NCBI GenBank assembly: GCA_965199715.1
Contig: OZ241322.1
Location: forward strand, 416,001-480,000
Length of the DNA stretch: 64,000 nt
From: Vicinamibacteria bacterium
GTDB taxonomy: Bacteria > Acidobacteriota > Vicinamibacteria > Marinacidobacterales > Marinacidobacteraceae
Direction: 5' to 3'
Shown: piece after piece, positions 18,640 through 28,367 of the stretch
Layout: the number at the start of each line of letters is the position of its first letter
How positions within the stretch are numbered: the stretch's first letter is position 1
Translations under genes and position numbers: made by a program
The notes under the pieces: model-generated
Database searches by the model: none
The model's input: the letters and a program-made list of their open reading frames with translations, nothing else
What the model was told of the DNA's origin: nothing

Positions 18640-19446
18640 TCATGCCGTCGCCCGCCTGCCGCCCCTGGCTTCGGGGACCAGCGGCTCGTCCCACATGGAC
18701 TCGAACAGGAAATCGCGGCTCTCGTGGAGCCGATGATCCCCGCCCTCGATCTCGACGAGTTCCGCGGCCGGGCACTCGGCGGCGAAGTCGCGCGACAGCG
18801 ATACCGGCACGACCTCGTCGTTGGCTCCGTGGAAGATGCGGGCAGGAACCCCGAGCTCCCGCGCCAGCCGCGCGGTGGGATACCGCGCCTCGTCGGCGAC
18901 GGCCCCGGAACCCACCTTGAGGATCCTATCCCCCACCTCGACCGAGATGGCGCCGTCGGCGTCCCACGCTTCGCGCCGCTCGGCCGGAAGCTCGGCGCGG
19001 AACCGGGCGAACATCAGGAACGCCGGCGCGATGGCGTAGGCCTGCCGGACGACGTCGGGGCGTTGGGCCGCGTACCACAGCGCGGCGATCCCGCCCATCG
19101 AGGAGCCGATGAGCGTGAACGGGCCGCTCGTGCGTTCGCGCAGGAAGCGCAGCGTCCGATCGAGGTCCTTGAGGTTCCGCGTGAGCGAAAGGTCCCGGCA
19201 ATCGCCGCCCGAATCACCGTGCCCGGTGCAGTCCGCGGCCGCGAAGCCGGGACCGCGGCGGTAGAGCCAGTCGCGGAAGCGGTTCGGCTTGCCGCCGTTC
19301 CGGTCCGATCCGAGCCCGTGGAGGAAGACCCACGCCGGGGCGTCGTCGGTCGCTCCCGGGGTCCACGAGAGCGCGAGCGGCGCCTGGCCCGGTTCCGCGG
19401 GGGGGATCCGCAGGTCGAGGATGCGATGCGGGGAGGGAGGGATCAT
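18640..19446 (-). CDS. Alpha/beta-fold hydrolase
   Basis: FLHGLGS, GHGDSGG, GSSMGG, HGANDEVVP and GGDHRL. Confidence 0.88.
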   Translation of the reverse strand: MIPPSPHRILDLRIPPAEPGQAPLALSWTPGATDDAPAWVFLHGLGSDRNGGKPNRFRDWLYRRGPGFAAADCTGHGDSGGDCRDLSLTRNLKDLDRTLRFLRERTSGPFTLIGSSMGGIAALWYAAQRPDVVRQAYAIAPAFLMFARFRAELPAERREAWDADGAISVEVGDRILKVGSGAVADEARYPTARLARELGVPARIFHGANDEVVPVSLSRDFAAECPAAELVEIEGGDHRLHESRDFLFESMWDEPLVPEARGGRRATA

Positions 19447-20117
19447 GAATCGAGGCGGGCGCGGGCGTCGCGGAAGACTGCGTGGAAGGCGGGCCGGGTC
19501 AGCCGGCCGGTGAACGTGTTCTGCTGGCTCGGGTGGAAGCTGGAGAGGAGGACCGGGCCCCCCGGAAGCCGCGCCGACGCGCCGTGGCCGAACCGCGGCT
19601 TCGGGCGCGGAAGCGGCCGGCCGGATTCGGCGAACGCCCGGAGGAACCCGGCGTGCGCGACCGCCCCCAGGACGAGGACGACCTCGAGGTGCGTCGAGCG
19701 CGCGATCTCCTCCAGCAGGAAGGGCCGGCATGCCCGGAGCTCGTCGCCGAGCGGACGGTTGTCGGGCGGGGCGCAGTGGCAGACGGCGGTGACCCGCGCG
19801 TCCAACAGGCGCAGGCCGTCGCCGGAGCGTTCCGAGACCGGGCGATCGGCGAACCCGAACCGGTGGAGCGCTTCGAAGAGCCATTCCCCCGACCGGTCGC
19901 CGGTGAACATCCGTCCGGTGCGGTTCGCGCCGTGGGCGGCCGGCGCGAGGCCGACGACGAGAAGCCGCGGGTTCTCGACGCCGAACGAGGGAACCGCCCG
20001 GGCCCAGTAACGCTCCCCGGCGAACCGCTTCGGGGGGCGCCGGGCGACCTCCTCCCGGTGGGTCACGAGGCGTTCGCAGGCGCGGCAGGCGGCGATTCGG
20101 TCGGCGAGGGGTTCCAC
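19443..20117 (-). CDS. udgB: Uracil-DNA glycosylase family 5 (UdgB type)
   Basis: CRACERL, GLAPAAHGANRTGRMFTGDRSG, CAPPDNRP and HPSQQN. Confidence 0.92.
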   Translation of the reverse strand: MEPLADRIAACRACERLVTHREEVARRPPKRFAGERYWARAVPSFGVENPRLLVVGLAPAAHGANRTGRMFTGDRSGEWLFEALHRFGFADRPVSERSGDGLRLLDARVTAVCHCAPPDNRPLGDELRACRPFLLEEIARSTHLEVVLVLGAVAHAGFLRAFAESGRPLPRPKPRFGHGASARLPGGPVLLSSFHPSQQNTFTGRLTRPAFHAVFRDARARLDS

Positions 20118-20141
20118 GGGCCGCGGAATTAGACTCGACGC

Positions 20142-21070
20142 GTGCGGACGCCGCGAATCGCCGTCGCCGTGTCCGCGTGTCTCCTCGGGGAGCGCGTGCG
20201 GTACGACGGCGACCATTCCTTCGACCGCGGGGTCGCAGGCCTCGGCGCGGTCTTCGACCTGATTCCCGACTGCCCCGAGGTCGGCGTCGGCCTCGGCGCG
20301 CCCCGCTCGCGCATCCACCTGCGGGAGCGGCGGGGCGAAATCCGCTCGATCGGCGCCGACGGAGAGGACCTGACCGGCGCGATGCGGGCGTACTCCGAAC
20401 GCGCGGCGGCGCGCTTGCGGGCGGCGGGCGCGGCCGGGATCGTGCTGAAGTCGCGTTCGCCGAGCTGCGGGATCGGCGACGCCCTCGTCCACGGCGGGGC
20501 CGAGCGCACCGGCTCCGGGGTCCACGCCGCCGCGCTTCTCCGCGCGCTGCCCGACATCCCGGCGATCACCGACGACCGCTTGGGAGACCCGGCCGCGCGG
20601 GACGACTGGATCACCCGGGTGTACGGGCTCGTCGAGGCGCGGCGGATAGGCCCCCGGATGCGCGACGTCCACCGGTTCCACTCCCGGTGGAAGACGGCGC
20701 TCATGGCGCACGACGCATCCGCCGCGCGCCGCCTCGGCCGGACGCTGAGGGTCCGGGAGGACGCCAGGCGGCTTCGGAAGGAGTACCGGCGCGGCTTTCT
20801 CGAGGCGCTCTCGGCGCCGTCGTCGGTCGGGGCGCACCAGGACGTCCTCCAGCGCCTCGCCGGCCATCTCGACCGCCGCGGCGCGGTCCACGAGGCCATC
20901 GCCGGGGTACAGACGGCTCGCTCCCCCTCGCCGAGCCGATCCTGCGGATCGCCGCGCTCGGAGCCGGGACGCCCACGCTCGCGGACCAGGCGTAACTCGA
21001 CCCCCGGCCGGCGGCGCTTCGCTACCGGGAGGCGCCGTGGCCCGCCGGCTCCCGGACCACGCTGCGGTAG
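20142..21070 (+). pseudogene. DUF523 (TudS-like)-DUF1722 protein with an apparent frameshift and premature stop
   Basis: SACLLGERVRYDG, CPEV and KSRSPSCG; FHSRWKTALMAH. The family-like C-terminus (GSLPLAEP...DQA*LDPRP) is in another frame after ~20910, with TAA at 20993. Confidence 0.65.
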
Positions 21071-22170
21071 AGGGCCTCATAGCGGGGCAGGACCAGTTCC
21101 GCCGCGAAGCGGTCGCGGGCGCGCTCGAACCCCGCCCGGCCCATCCGCCCCCGCGCCGCGTCGTCGGTCAGCAGCGCGAGCGCCGCGTCCGCCATGGCCC
21201 GCACCTCGCCCACCGGGAACAGCCGGCCGCTCTCGCCGTCCCGCACGACCTCGGGCAGGCCGCCGATCGTAGTGGCGATGACCGGAACCCGCGCTCGCAT
21301 CGCCTCCAGCGCGGTGAGGCCGAAGCTCTCCTGCTCGCTCGGGAGCAGCAGCAGGTCGGCCTGCGCGAGCGGCCCCTGGATGTCGTCCTGCTGGCCGGCG
21401 AACGCGACGTCCCCGGCGAGGCCGAACTCCCGCACGAGCTGCTGCGCGAACAGGCGTTCGGGCCCCTCGCCGACCAGCACCAGCTTGGCCGGCACGCGCT
21501 CGCGCACCAGCCGGAAGACGCGGATCACGTCCCCCACCCGCTTCACCGGCCGGAAGTTCGAGATGTGCATCAGAATCGGCTCGCCGCCCGGCGCCCACCG
21601 CCGCCGCGCGTCGGGGTCGGCGTCGGGATGCGGGGGCGCGACGTCCACGAAATTGGGGATGACCTCAATGGGGAGATCGGGGGTGAAGTCCCGGCGGGTG
21701 CGGTCGGCCAGATACCGGGAGACGGCGGTCACCGCGTCGGACTGCTCGAGCGCGAACCGGATCACCCGATGGAAGGAGCGGTCGGCGCCCACGAGCGTGA
21801 TGTCGGTGCCGTGGAGCGTGGTGACGAGCCGCGTCTCGCCGGCGCCGATGATCTCCCGCGCGAGGAACGCGCTCACCGCGTTCGGCACCGCGTAGTGGGC
21901 GTGGATCACGTCGAGCCCGCCGATCCCGGCGGCCACTTCGGCCAGCTTGGTCGCGAGCCCGAGCGTGTAGGGCGGCCAGCGGAACAGCGGATACGACGCG
22001 ATCTCGACCTCGTGCAGCGAGATTCCGGGATGGAACCGCCGCAGCCGGAACGGGACCGCGTAGCTGACGACGTGAACCTCGTGGCCGCCGCTCGCAAGGC
22101 CGATCGCGAGATCGGACGCGACCGCGCCGCTGCCTCCGTGGGTCGGATAACAGACGATCGCGATCCGCAC
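21022..22170 (-). CDS. bshA: N-acetyl-alpha-D-glucosaminyl L-malate synthase (GT4)
   Basis: IVCYPTHGGSG, YPLFRWPPY, HAHYAVP, TTLHGTDITLVG, HISNFRPVKR and ESFGLTALEAM. Confidence 0.9.
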   Translation of the reverse strand: MRIAIVCYPTHGGSGAVASDLAIGLASGGHEVHVVSYAVPFRLRRFHPGISLHEVEIASYPLFRWPPYTLGLATKLAEVAAGIGGLDVIHAHYAVPNAVSAFLAREIIGAGETRLVTTLHGTDITLVGADRSFHRVIRFALEQSDAVTAVSRYLADRTRRDFTPDLPIEVIPNFVDVAPPHPDADPDARRRWAPGGEPILMHISNFRPVKRVGDVIRVFRLVRERVPAKLVLVGEGPERLFAQQLVREFGLAGDVAFAGQQDDIQGPLAQADLLLLPSEQESFGLTALEAMRARVPVIATTIGGLPEVVRDGESGRLFPVGEVRAMADAALALLTDDAARGRMGRAGFERARDRFAAELVLPRYEALYRSVVREPAGHGASR

Positions 22171-22295
22171 GGCGGGAAGCCTAGCCCCGCCGCGCCGCGG
22201 CTTTTTTCCGTACACTTCGTTGACCGGCTCCGGCGCCAACGGCGAACTCCGGGGTCGGATGACCCTTCGCCGTCATCCCGGAGGAGAAGCGACCG

Positions 22296-22733
22296 ATGGA
22301 CCCACTGCTCAAGATCAGTGATCGCCCCCCCACGGCGGTGTCTCCCTCGGACACGGTTCGCGAAGCGGTCCAGGCGATGATCGATCACGGGGTCGGCGCG
22401 ACCGTGGTCGTGAAGGACGACGGCTCCATCGCCGGCATCTTCACCGAGCGGGACGTCATGAGTCGGGTCGTGGCCAAGCACCGCGATCCCGAGACCGTGC
22501 GCGTCGAGCAAGTCATGACCCGCCGGCCGGCGACGGTGCCGCTCGGCACCTCGCTTGAGGACGCGCTGGAGCGCATGGTCTCGCGCGACTTCCGCCACAT
22601 CCCCATCGTCGAGGAAAGCCACCCGGTCGCCATCGCCAGCGTGCGTCGAGTGCTCAAGTACAAGCTGGACCAAGGCAAGGAAGAGCTGGAATCGCTCGTC
22701 AGCTACTTCGACGCCGACGGCCCGGGCGGCTGA
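22296..22733 (+). CDS. CBS-pair domain protein
   Basis: GIFTERDV, VMTRRP and FRHIPIV; GGAG RBS. Confidence 0.9.
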   Translation: MDPLLKISDRPPTAVSPSDTVREAVQAMIDHGVGATVVVKDDGSIAGIFTERDVMSRVVAKHRDPETVRVEQVMTRRPATVPLGTSLEDALERMVSRDFRHIPIVEESHPVAIASVRRVLKYKLDQGKEELESLVSYFDADGPGG

Positions 22734-22751
22734 TTCCGCGAACGGGATCCG

Positions 22752-22931
22752 TCAGCGCGCGCCTTCGGGCTTATTCTTCGACAGGAGCCAGCCCAGGACG
22801 AACAGCGCCGCGCCGGCGCCGGTCGCGGCGAGCATCGGGCGCATCTCCGTGGTGCCGAAGAACAGCGCCATCGCCCCGGTGACCACGAGCATCCCCGCCA
22901 TTTGGAGCGCCCGGCCGGCGTAGTAGCGCAT
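22752..22931 (-). CDS. Small two-helix membrane protein (start may be 22964)
   Basis: MRYYAGRALQMAGMLVVTGAMALFFG...GAALFVLGWLLSK; GGAG upstream; fills the gap after mutL. Confidence 0.6.
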   Translation of the reverse strand: MRYYAGRALQMAGMLVVTGAMALFFGTTEMRPMLAATGAGAALFVLGWLLSKNKPEGAR

Positions 22932-22984
22932 CCACTCCAACTGGAAGGCGCGGTCGGAAGGCATCGGGGAATCTTCGCGCACTC

Positions 22985-24664
22985 TCAGCGGCGGTGGAAC
23001 CGCCTCTCGATGAGCGGCAGGTCCAGGCGGACCACGGTCGGGCGCCCGTGGGGACAGGTCCCCGGATTCGCCGTCTTCCACAGCCGCTCCAGCAGGTAGC
23101 GGCTGCGCGCCGGATCCAGCTCCACGCCCGCGGTGACGGCCGCGTGGCAGGCGACGCGGGCCATCATCCGGGCGGTCGCGTCGTGCGTCGCGGCGGCCGC
23201 GCACTCCCGCTCCTCGCCGCCGAGCGAACGCAGCAGCGCGTCCAGTCCGCGGGAGAGGCCGAGCGCTTCGGGAACCGAGCGCAGGAACCAGCCGTCCCCG
23301 ACCTCCTCCACGTCGAAACCCGCTTGGGCGAGCCGCGCCCGCTCCTGCGCGAGCGCCGCCCGCTCGCCCGCCGAGAGTTCGAGCGGCGTCGGCTGCAGCA
23401 GCGGAACGCGGCCCCCGTCCCCCGCCCCGTCCATGAGCTGGTTGAAGAGCGCCCGTTCCTCCGCCGCGTGCTGGTCGATCAGCAGCAGCTCGTCCCCCTC
23501 CTCCGCCACGAGATACGACCGGTGGAACTGGCCGAGGAAGCGCGGCGGCGTCTCGCCGAAGTCGAGAAACGCGGGGGCCTGGTCCCGGTAGAGCAGCTCG
23601 GCGGCGGCGCCCGTGTCCCGCACGAATTCCGGCTGGACCCCGGTCGCTGCGCCCGCGCGCCCGAGCGAGACCTGGCGCGGGGAGCCCTCGAGCGCCGAGA
23701 GCACCGCGCGGAACACCGCCCGGAACGCGGCCCCGGCGTCGCGGAAGCGTACTTCGGCCTTCGCCGGATGCACGTTCACGTCCACCGCCTCGGGCGGCAG
23801 GTCGAGGAACACGTGCGCCCTGGGCGCTCCGGCGCGGCTGGAGATGCGGCGGTAGGCGTCGAGCGTCGCCCGGTGGAGGCCCCGGTCCTGGACCGCCCGA
23901 CCGTTCACGAAGAGCCTGAGCCGGGATGCGGTCCCCCGCAGCGCCGACGGCGGCGTGAGGAACGCCCGCACCCGATGGTCGCCGGCGTGGGCGTCGATGG
24001 AGATCGCCTCCTTCGCCCAGCGCGGCGCCAACTGGCGGACGCGGGCGGCGAGGTCCGCGGCCGGTTCGGCCTCGAGCAGCGCCCGGTCGCGCTCCCGGAG
24101 CCGGAACGCCACCTCCGGCCAGCCGAGCGCGAGGTTCTCGAACGCCGCGATCAGCCGCGCCCTCTCGGTTCGGTCCGCTTTCAGGAACTTGAACCGGGCC
24201 GGCGTGTTGAAGAACAGGTCGCGGACGACGACCTCGGTCCCTCGCGCCATGCCCACCGACCGGAACTCGGGCTCGCTCCCGCCCTCGACCCGGTACTCGG
24301 ATCCCAGGTCCGCGTCGGGCTCCCGCGTGCGCAGTCGAAACCGGGACACCGACGCGATCGCCGGGAGCGCCTCCCCCCGAAAGCCGAGCGAGCCGATCCG
24401 GTCCAGATCGGACAGCGCGCGGATCTTGCTCGTGGCGTGGCGCTCCAGCGCCGTGCGGGCGTCGTCGGCGTGCATCCCGATTCCGTCGTCCACGACGCGG
24501 ATCTCGGCCTTTCCGGCGCTCTCGAAGCTCACCCGCACCGACTGCGCCCCGGCGTCGATGGAGTTCTCCACCAGTTCCCGCACGACCGCCGCGGGCCGCT
24601 CCACGACTTCGCCGGCGGCGATCTGGTCGGCGACCTGCGCGGCCAGCCGATGCACCCGCCTCAC
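22985..24664 (-). CDS. mutL: DNA mismatch repair endonuclease MutL
   Basis: QIAAGEVVERP, ELVENSIDAGA, HATSKI, GFRGEAL, DQHAAEER, ACH and CPHGRP. Confidence 0.96.
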   Translation of the reverse strand: MRRVHRLAAQVADQIAAGEVVERPAAVVRELVENSIDAGAQSVRVSFESAGKAEIRVVDDGIGMHADDARTALERHATSKIRALSDLDRIGSLGFRGEALPAIASVSRFRLRTREPDADLGSEYRVEGGSEPEFRSVGMARGTEVVVRDLFFNTPARFKFLKADRTERARLIAAFENLALGWPEVAFRLRERDRALLEAEPAADLAARVRQLAPRWAKEAISIDAHAGDHRVRAFLTPPSALRGTASRLRLFVNGRAVQDRGLHRATLDAYRRISSRAGAPRAHVFLDLPPEAVDVNVHPAKAEVRFRDAGAAFRAVFRAVLSALEGSPRQVSLGRAGAATGVQPEFVRDTGAAAELLYRDQAPAFLDFGETPPRFLGQFHRSYLVAEEGDELLLIDQHAAEERALFNQLMDGAGDGGRVPLLQPTPLELSAGERAALAQERARLAQAGFDVEEVGDGWFLRSVPEALGLSRGLDALLRSLGGEERECAAAATHDATARMMARVACHAAVTAGVELDPARSRYLLERLWKTANPGTCPHGRPTVVRLDLPLIERRFHRR

Positions 24665-24665
24665 G

Positions 24666-26780
24666 TCAGTCGCGGCGGCGCTCCAGGGCCCCGAGGTCGC
24701 CGACCGCGGACAGGTCCGCGTGGAGCGCGGCGAGCAGCCGGAGCCGGTTCGCGCGGACCATCGGGTTCTCGTCCATCACCAGAACCTCGTCGAAGAAGCG
24801 ATCCACCGGGCCGCGCAGCGCGGCGAGCTCCCGGAGGCCGTCGGCGTACCGCCCTTCGTCGAACTTCCGCGAGACCTTCGCGCGCGCCTCTCCGAGCGTC
24901 GCGAGCAGCGCGCGCTCAGCCGGCTGGACGAGGAGCGCCGCGTCCGGCGCCGCCGCGCCCGTGCGCATCGAATCGGGCAGGATGCGCCGGACCCGGTTCG
25001 CGGCGGCGGCGAGCGCGCTGAAGTCGTCGGTTCCCCGAACCTCGACCAGCGCGGCGACCCGGCGGCGCAGGTCGTCCACCCTCCGGTCGGCGGCGTGTTC
25101 CCCGAGCACGGCGCGCACCGCGTCGGCGGGGTGCTCGCGCTCGAGCGCCCGACGCAGCCGCTCCTCGAAAAAGGCGTCGAGTGCGGGGTCGGGGCCGGCG
25201 TCGGGGTACCCGGCGCGGGCCTCGGCCAGAACTTCGGCGGGAGTCCGCCAGCGCCCGCCCCAGCGGCCCGGAGCGTCTCCCAGAATCCGGATGATCGAGA
25301 ACGCCGCCCGCCGCAGCCCGAACGGATCCCCGGCTCCCGACGCCGACTCGCCGCCGAAGGTGAGCCCGACGAGCGTGTCGGCGGCGTCGGCGAGCGCGAC
25401 GACCGCGCCCGTCGCGGTCTCCGGCAGGGATCCCTCGAGCCCGCCGGGCCGGTAGTGGTCGCGAACTGCGGTCCAGATCGTCTCCGAAGCGCCCTCCTCC
25501 CTGAGCAGCAGGCCGCCCGCGACCCCCTGAAGCGACGCGAACTCGCCCACCAGCAGCGTGGTCAGGTCGCACTTGGCGAGCCGGGCGGCCTCGGCGGCGG
25601 CCTCGGGCTCCGCCGGGGTTCCCCGGGCGAGCCGTCCCGCGAGCGCCGCGATCCGCTCGGCCTTGTCGCGAAAGCTCCCGAGGCGCCGGTGGAACACCAC
25701 GTTCGCGAGGTCCTCGGCCCGGTCCCGGAGCGGAGTCCGCCGGTCCTCGTCCCAGAAGAACGCGGCGTCGCGCAGCCGGGCCAGCGTGACCCGCTCGCTG
25801 CCGCGCCGGATCCGCCCCTCGGCGTCGTCGGGCATGTTCGTGACCGCGAGAAAGGCCGGCGCGCCGTCGAGCGGCAGGTATCTCTGGTGTTCCACGAGGA
25901 CCGTGCGGCGGATCGCTTCGGGAAGATCGAGAAAGTCTTCGGGGTAGGAACCGTGAACCACGCCCGGCCACTCCACGAGCCCCGCCAGCCGCGCCAGCGG
26001 GATCGCGTCCGTCCGGGGCGCGCCGAGGGCGGCCTCCGCCCGCTCGATCTCCGCGGCGAGGCGCCGGACGCGCTCGTCGGAATCGAGAAGCACGAACCGC
26101 TCGCGGAGCCCGTCCCGCAGCTCGGCGAACGAGCCCACCTGGAAGGGCGCTCCCGGCTCCCCGACCCGGGAGCGGAACCGATGTCCCCGACTGCGTTCGC
26201 CGGCGACGACCGGCGCCCGGCCCGCCAACTCGATCCGCAGCGGGACGACTTCACCGCCAAACAGCGCCACGATCCACCGGATCGGGCGCCCGAAGGGAAA
26301 CGGCTCGCCGTCCAGCTCGGCGTCCCACTGCATCGGCTTCGGGAAGCGGAGCCGCCGCAGCGCCCGGCCGAGGACGCCGGGAAGCGCGTCGAGCGCCGGG
26401 CGTCCGGGCTCGGTGCGCTCGAGAACGACGTAGGAACCGCGCGGCCCGCTGCGGATCCGGAGCCGGTCGTCCATCTCCTCCGCCGCGACGCCCTGCTTCC
26501 GGGCGAATCCGATCGCCGCGGGGGTCCACCCCGCCTCGTTGCGGCCGATGCGCGCCGGCGGCCCGGCGACGACCTCGACCCGGTCCTCCTGCCGGTCCGC
26601 CGCCTGCGCGACCGCGACGAGCCGCCTCGGAGTGGCGAAGCCGCGCGCCGCCGAGACCGGAAGCCGCGCCGCGGCCAGTTCGGCGGCGAGCGCATCGGGC
26701 CAGGCGCGGGCGAGCGGGCCGAGCCACTCGGCCGGCGCCTCCTCGCACCCGATCTCGACGAGAAGCTCGCGATCGGCCAT
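24666..26780 (-). CDS. glyS: Glycine-tRNA ligase beta subunit
   Basis: LLVEIGCEE, TPRRL, FGRPIRW, KCDL...EFASLQG, DPFGLRR and NRLRLL. Confidence 0.95.
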   Translation of the reverse strand: MADRELLVEIGCEEAPAEWLGPLARAWPDALAAELAAARLPVSAARGFATPRRLVAVAQAADRQEDRVEVVAGPPARIGRNEAGWTPAAIGFARKQGVAAEEMDDRLRIRSGPRGSYVVLERTEPGRPALDALPGVLGRALRRLRFPKPMQWDAELDGEPFPFGRPIRWIVALFGGEVVPLRIELAGRAPVVAGERSRGHRFRSRVGEPGAPFQVGSFAELRDGLRERFVLLDSDERVRRLAAEIERAEAALGAPRTDAIPLARLAGLVEWPGVVHGSYPEDFLDLPEAIRRTVLVEHQRYLPLDGAPAFLAVTNMPDDAEGRIRRGSERVTLARLRDAAFFWDEDRRTPLRDRAEDLANVVFHRRLGSFRDKAERIAALAGRLARGTPAEPEAAAEAARLAKCDLTTLLVGEFASLQGVAGGLLLREEGASETIWTAVRDHYRPGGLEGSLPETATGAVVALADAADTLVGLTFGGESASGAGDPFGLRRAAFSIIRILGDAPGRWGGRWRTPAEVLAEARAGYPDAGPDPALDAFFEERLRRALEREHPADAVRAVLGEHAADRRVDDLRRRVAALVEVRGTDDFSALAAAANRVRRILPDSMRTGAAAPDAALLVQPAERALLATLGEARAKVSRKFDEGRYADGLRELAALRGPVDRFFDEVLVMDENPMVRANRLRLLAALHADLSAVGDLGALERRRD

Positions 26781-27616
26781 CAGGTCTCCAGCCAGCGGGC
26801 CGCCGCCCGGGTGGCGAGGCGACGGACCGCGAGGATGCGCCCAGGCCGGTCGCTCGCCGAGACCGCTCCCCGGGCGTCGAGGAGGTTGAACAGGTGCGAC
26901 GCCCGGAGGCACTCCTCGTAGCCCGGAAGCACGAGCCCCTCCTCGATCAAGCGCCCCCCCTCGGCGACCGCCGCCTCGAAGGCGCGCTCGAGCCGGGGGA
27001 CGGACGCATGGTGAAACGCATAGCGGGAGGACTCCACCTCGTCCCGCAGGCGCACGTCCCGGTAGCGCGTTCCCGGCGCCCATTCGAGGTCGTACACGTC
27101 GTCCACGTTCTGGAGGCACATCGCCAGCCGCTCGAGGCCGTAGGTGATCTCCGCCGGGATCGGGGACAGGTCGAGGCCGCCCGACTGCTGGAAGTAGGTG
27201 AACTGGGTGACCTCGAGGCCGTCCACGAGCACCTGCCAGCCGACGCCCCACGCGCCCAGCGTCGGAGCCGCCCAGTTGTCCTCCTCGAACCGCACGTCGT
27301 GCGCCGAGGCGTCCACCCCCACCGCGGCGAGGCTCCCGAGGTAGAGATCCTGGACGTCCACCGGCGCCGGCTTGAGGATTACCTGAAGCTGGTGATGCTT
27401 GTAGAGGCGGTTCGGGTTCTCGCCGTAGCGTCCGTCCGCCGGGCGGCGCGAGGGCTGGACGTAGGCGACGTTCCAGGGATCCGGCCCCAGGACGCGAAAG
27501 AACGTCTCGGGGTGCATGGTCCCGGCGCCGAGCTCCTGGTCCCACGGCTGCGCCACGATCGCGCCCCGCTCGGCCCAGAAGCCGGTCAGCCGGGCGATCA
27601 GGTCCTGGAAGCTCAT
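26780..27616 (-). CDS. glyQ: Glycine-tRNA ligase alpha subunit
   Basis: [35 protein letters not shown] and EITYGLERL. Confidence 0.97.
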   Translation of the reverse strand: MSFQDLIARLTGFWAERGAIVAQPWDQELGAGTMHPETFFRVLGPDPWNVAYVQPSRRPADGRYGENPNRLYKHHQLQVILKPAPVDVQDLYLGSLAAVGVDASAHDVRFEEDNWAAPTLGAWGVGWQVLVDGLEVTQFTYFQQSGGLDLSPIPAEITYGLERLAMCLQNVDDVYDLEWAPGTRYRDVRLRDEVESSRYAFHHASVPRLERAFEAAVAEGGRLIEEGLVLPGYEECLRASHLFNLLDARGAVSASDRPGRILAVRRLATRAAARWLET

Positions 27617-28362
27617 CAGGCGGCGCCGAGGACCGAGGCGAGCGCGTCGCGGGTCGGCAGCCGGCGCTCCACGACCGCGTCGGTCAGGAGCCCGTGGAAC
27701 GCGAAAAGCTCCAGCGCGTCGCGGCGCTTCGGCGCGACGCCCGACGGAGGCGCGCGCCAGATCTCGTCGAGGAGCGCGAGCGCCGGCCCGGCGAGGCTCG
27801 CGCTCGGCTCCGACGGGCCCCCGGGGCACTCGGGACAGCGCCACGAAGGCCCCCCGGCGTAGAAGCGGGCTCCCGACTCCGCGAACGCCGCGCCGCAGCC
27901 GCACCGCGCCGGCCTCGGATAGAACCCGGACAGCCGCAGCGCCCACGCCTCGAAGTACGCGGCGACCGCTTCCGGCGGGCTTCCGCCCAGCAGCGCGTCG
28001 CGGCACGCCGCCATCAGGCGGTAGAGCTGGGGGCTCGCGACTCCCTCGGAAGCAAAGAGGTCGGCGAGGTCGGCGAAGAACGTCAGCGCCGCGCCCCGCA
28101 CCGGATCGCGCACGAGCGGCAGCGCCGACTCCACGAGGTCCGCCCGGTCCACGTTCACCAGTTCGCGTCCCTCCCGCTCGAACCACCCCACGTCCAGCTC
28201 GTTGCCGACCTCGAGCGCTCCGAGGCGCGAGCGCGGCTTGCGCGCCCCGCGCGCCCAGGCCCGCACCTTCCCCTGCTCGCCGCTGAAGAGCACGACCACG
28301 CGGTCCGACTCCTTGACTGGCCAGGTCCGGAGCACGAAGCACCGGGACTCCCTGAGGGGCAC
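27616..28362 (-). CDS. recO: DNA repair protein RecO
   Basis: [26 protein letters not shown] and a Cys cluster; canonical era-recO-glyQ context. Confidence 0.88.
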   Translation of the reverse strand: MPLRESRCFVLRTWPVKESDRVVVLFSGEQGKVRAWARGARKPRSRLGALEVGNELDVGWFEREGRELVNVDRADLVESALPLVRDPVRGAALTFFADLADLFASEGVASPQLYRLMAACRDALLGGSPPEAVAAYFEAWALRLSGFYPRPARCGCGAAFAESGARFYAGGPSWRCPECPGGPSEPSASLAGPALALLDEIWRAPPSGVAPKRRDALELFAFHGLLTDAVVERRLPTRDALASVLGAA

Positions 28363-28367
28363 GAAGG

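Noticed and set aside
20142-21272. 376-aa ORF overlapping bshA by about 250 bp as a true overlapping gene
   Set aside because: Better explained by a frameshift near 20910.
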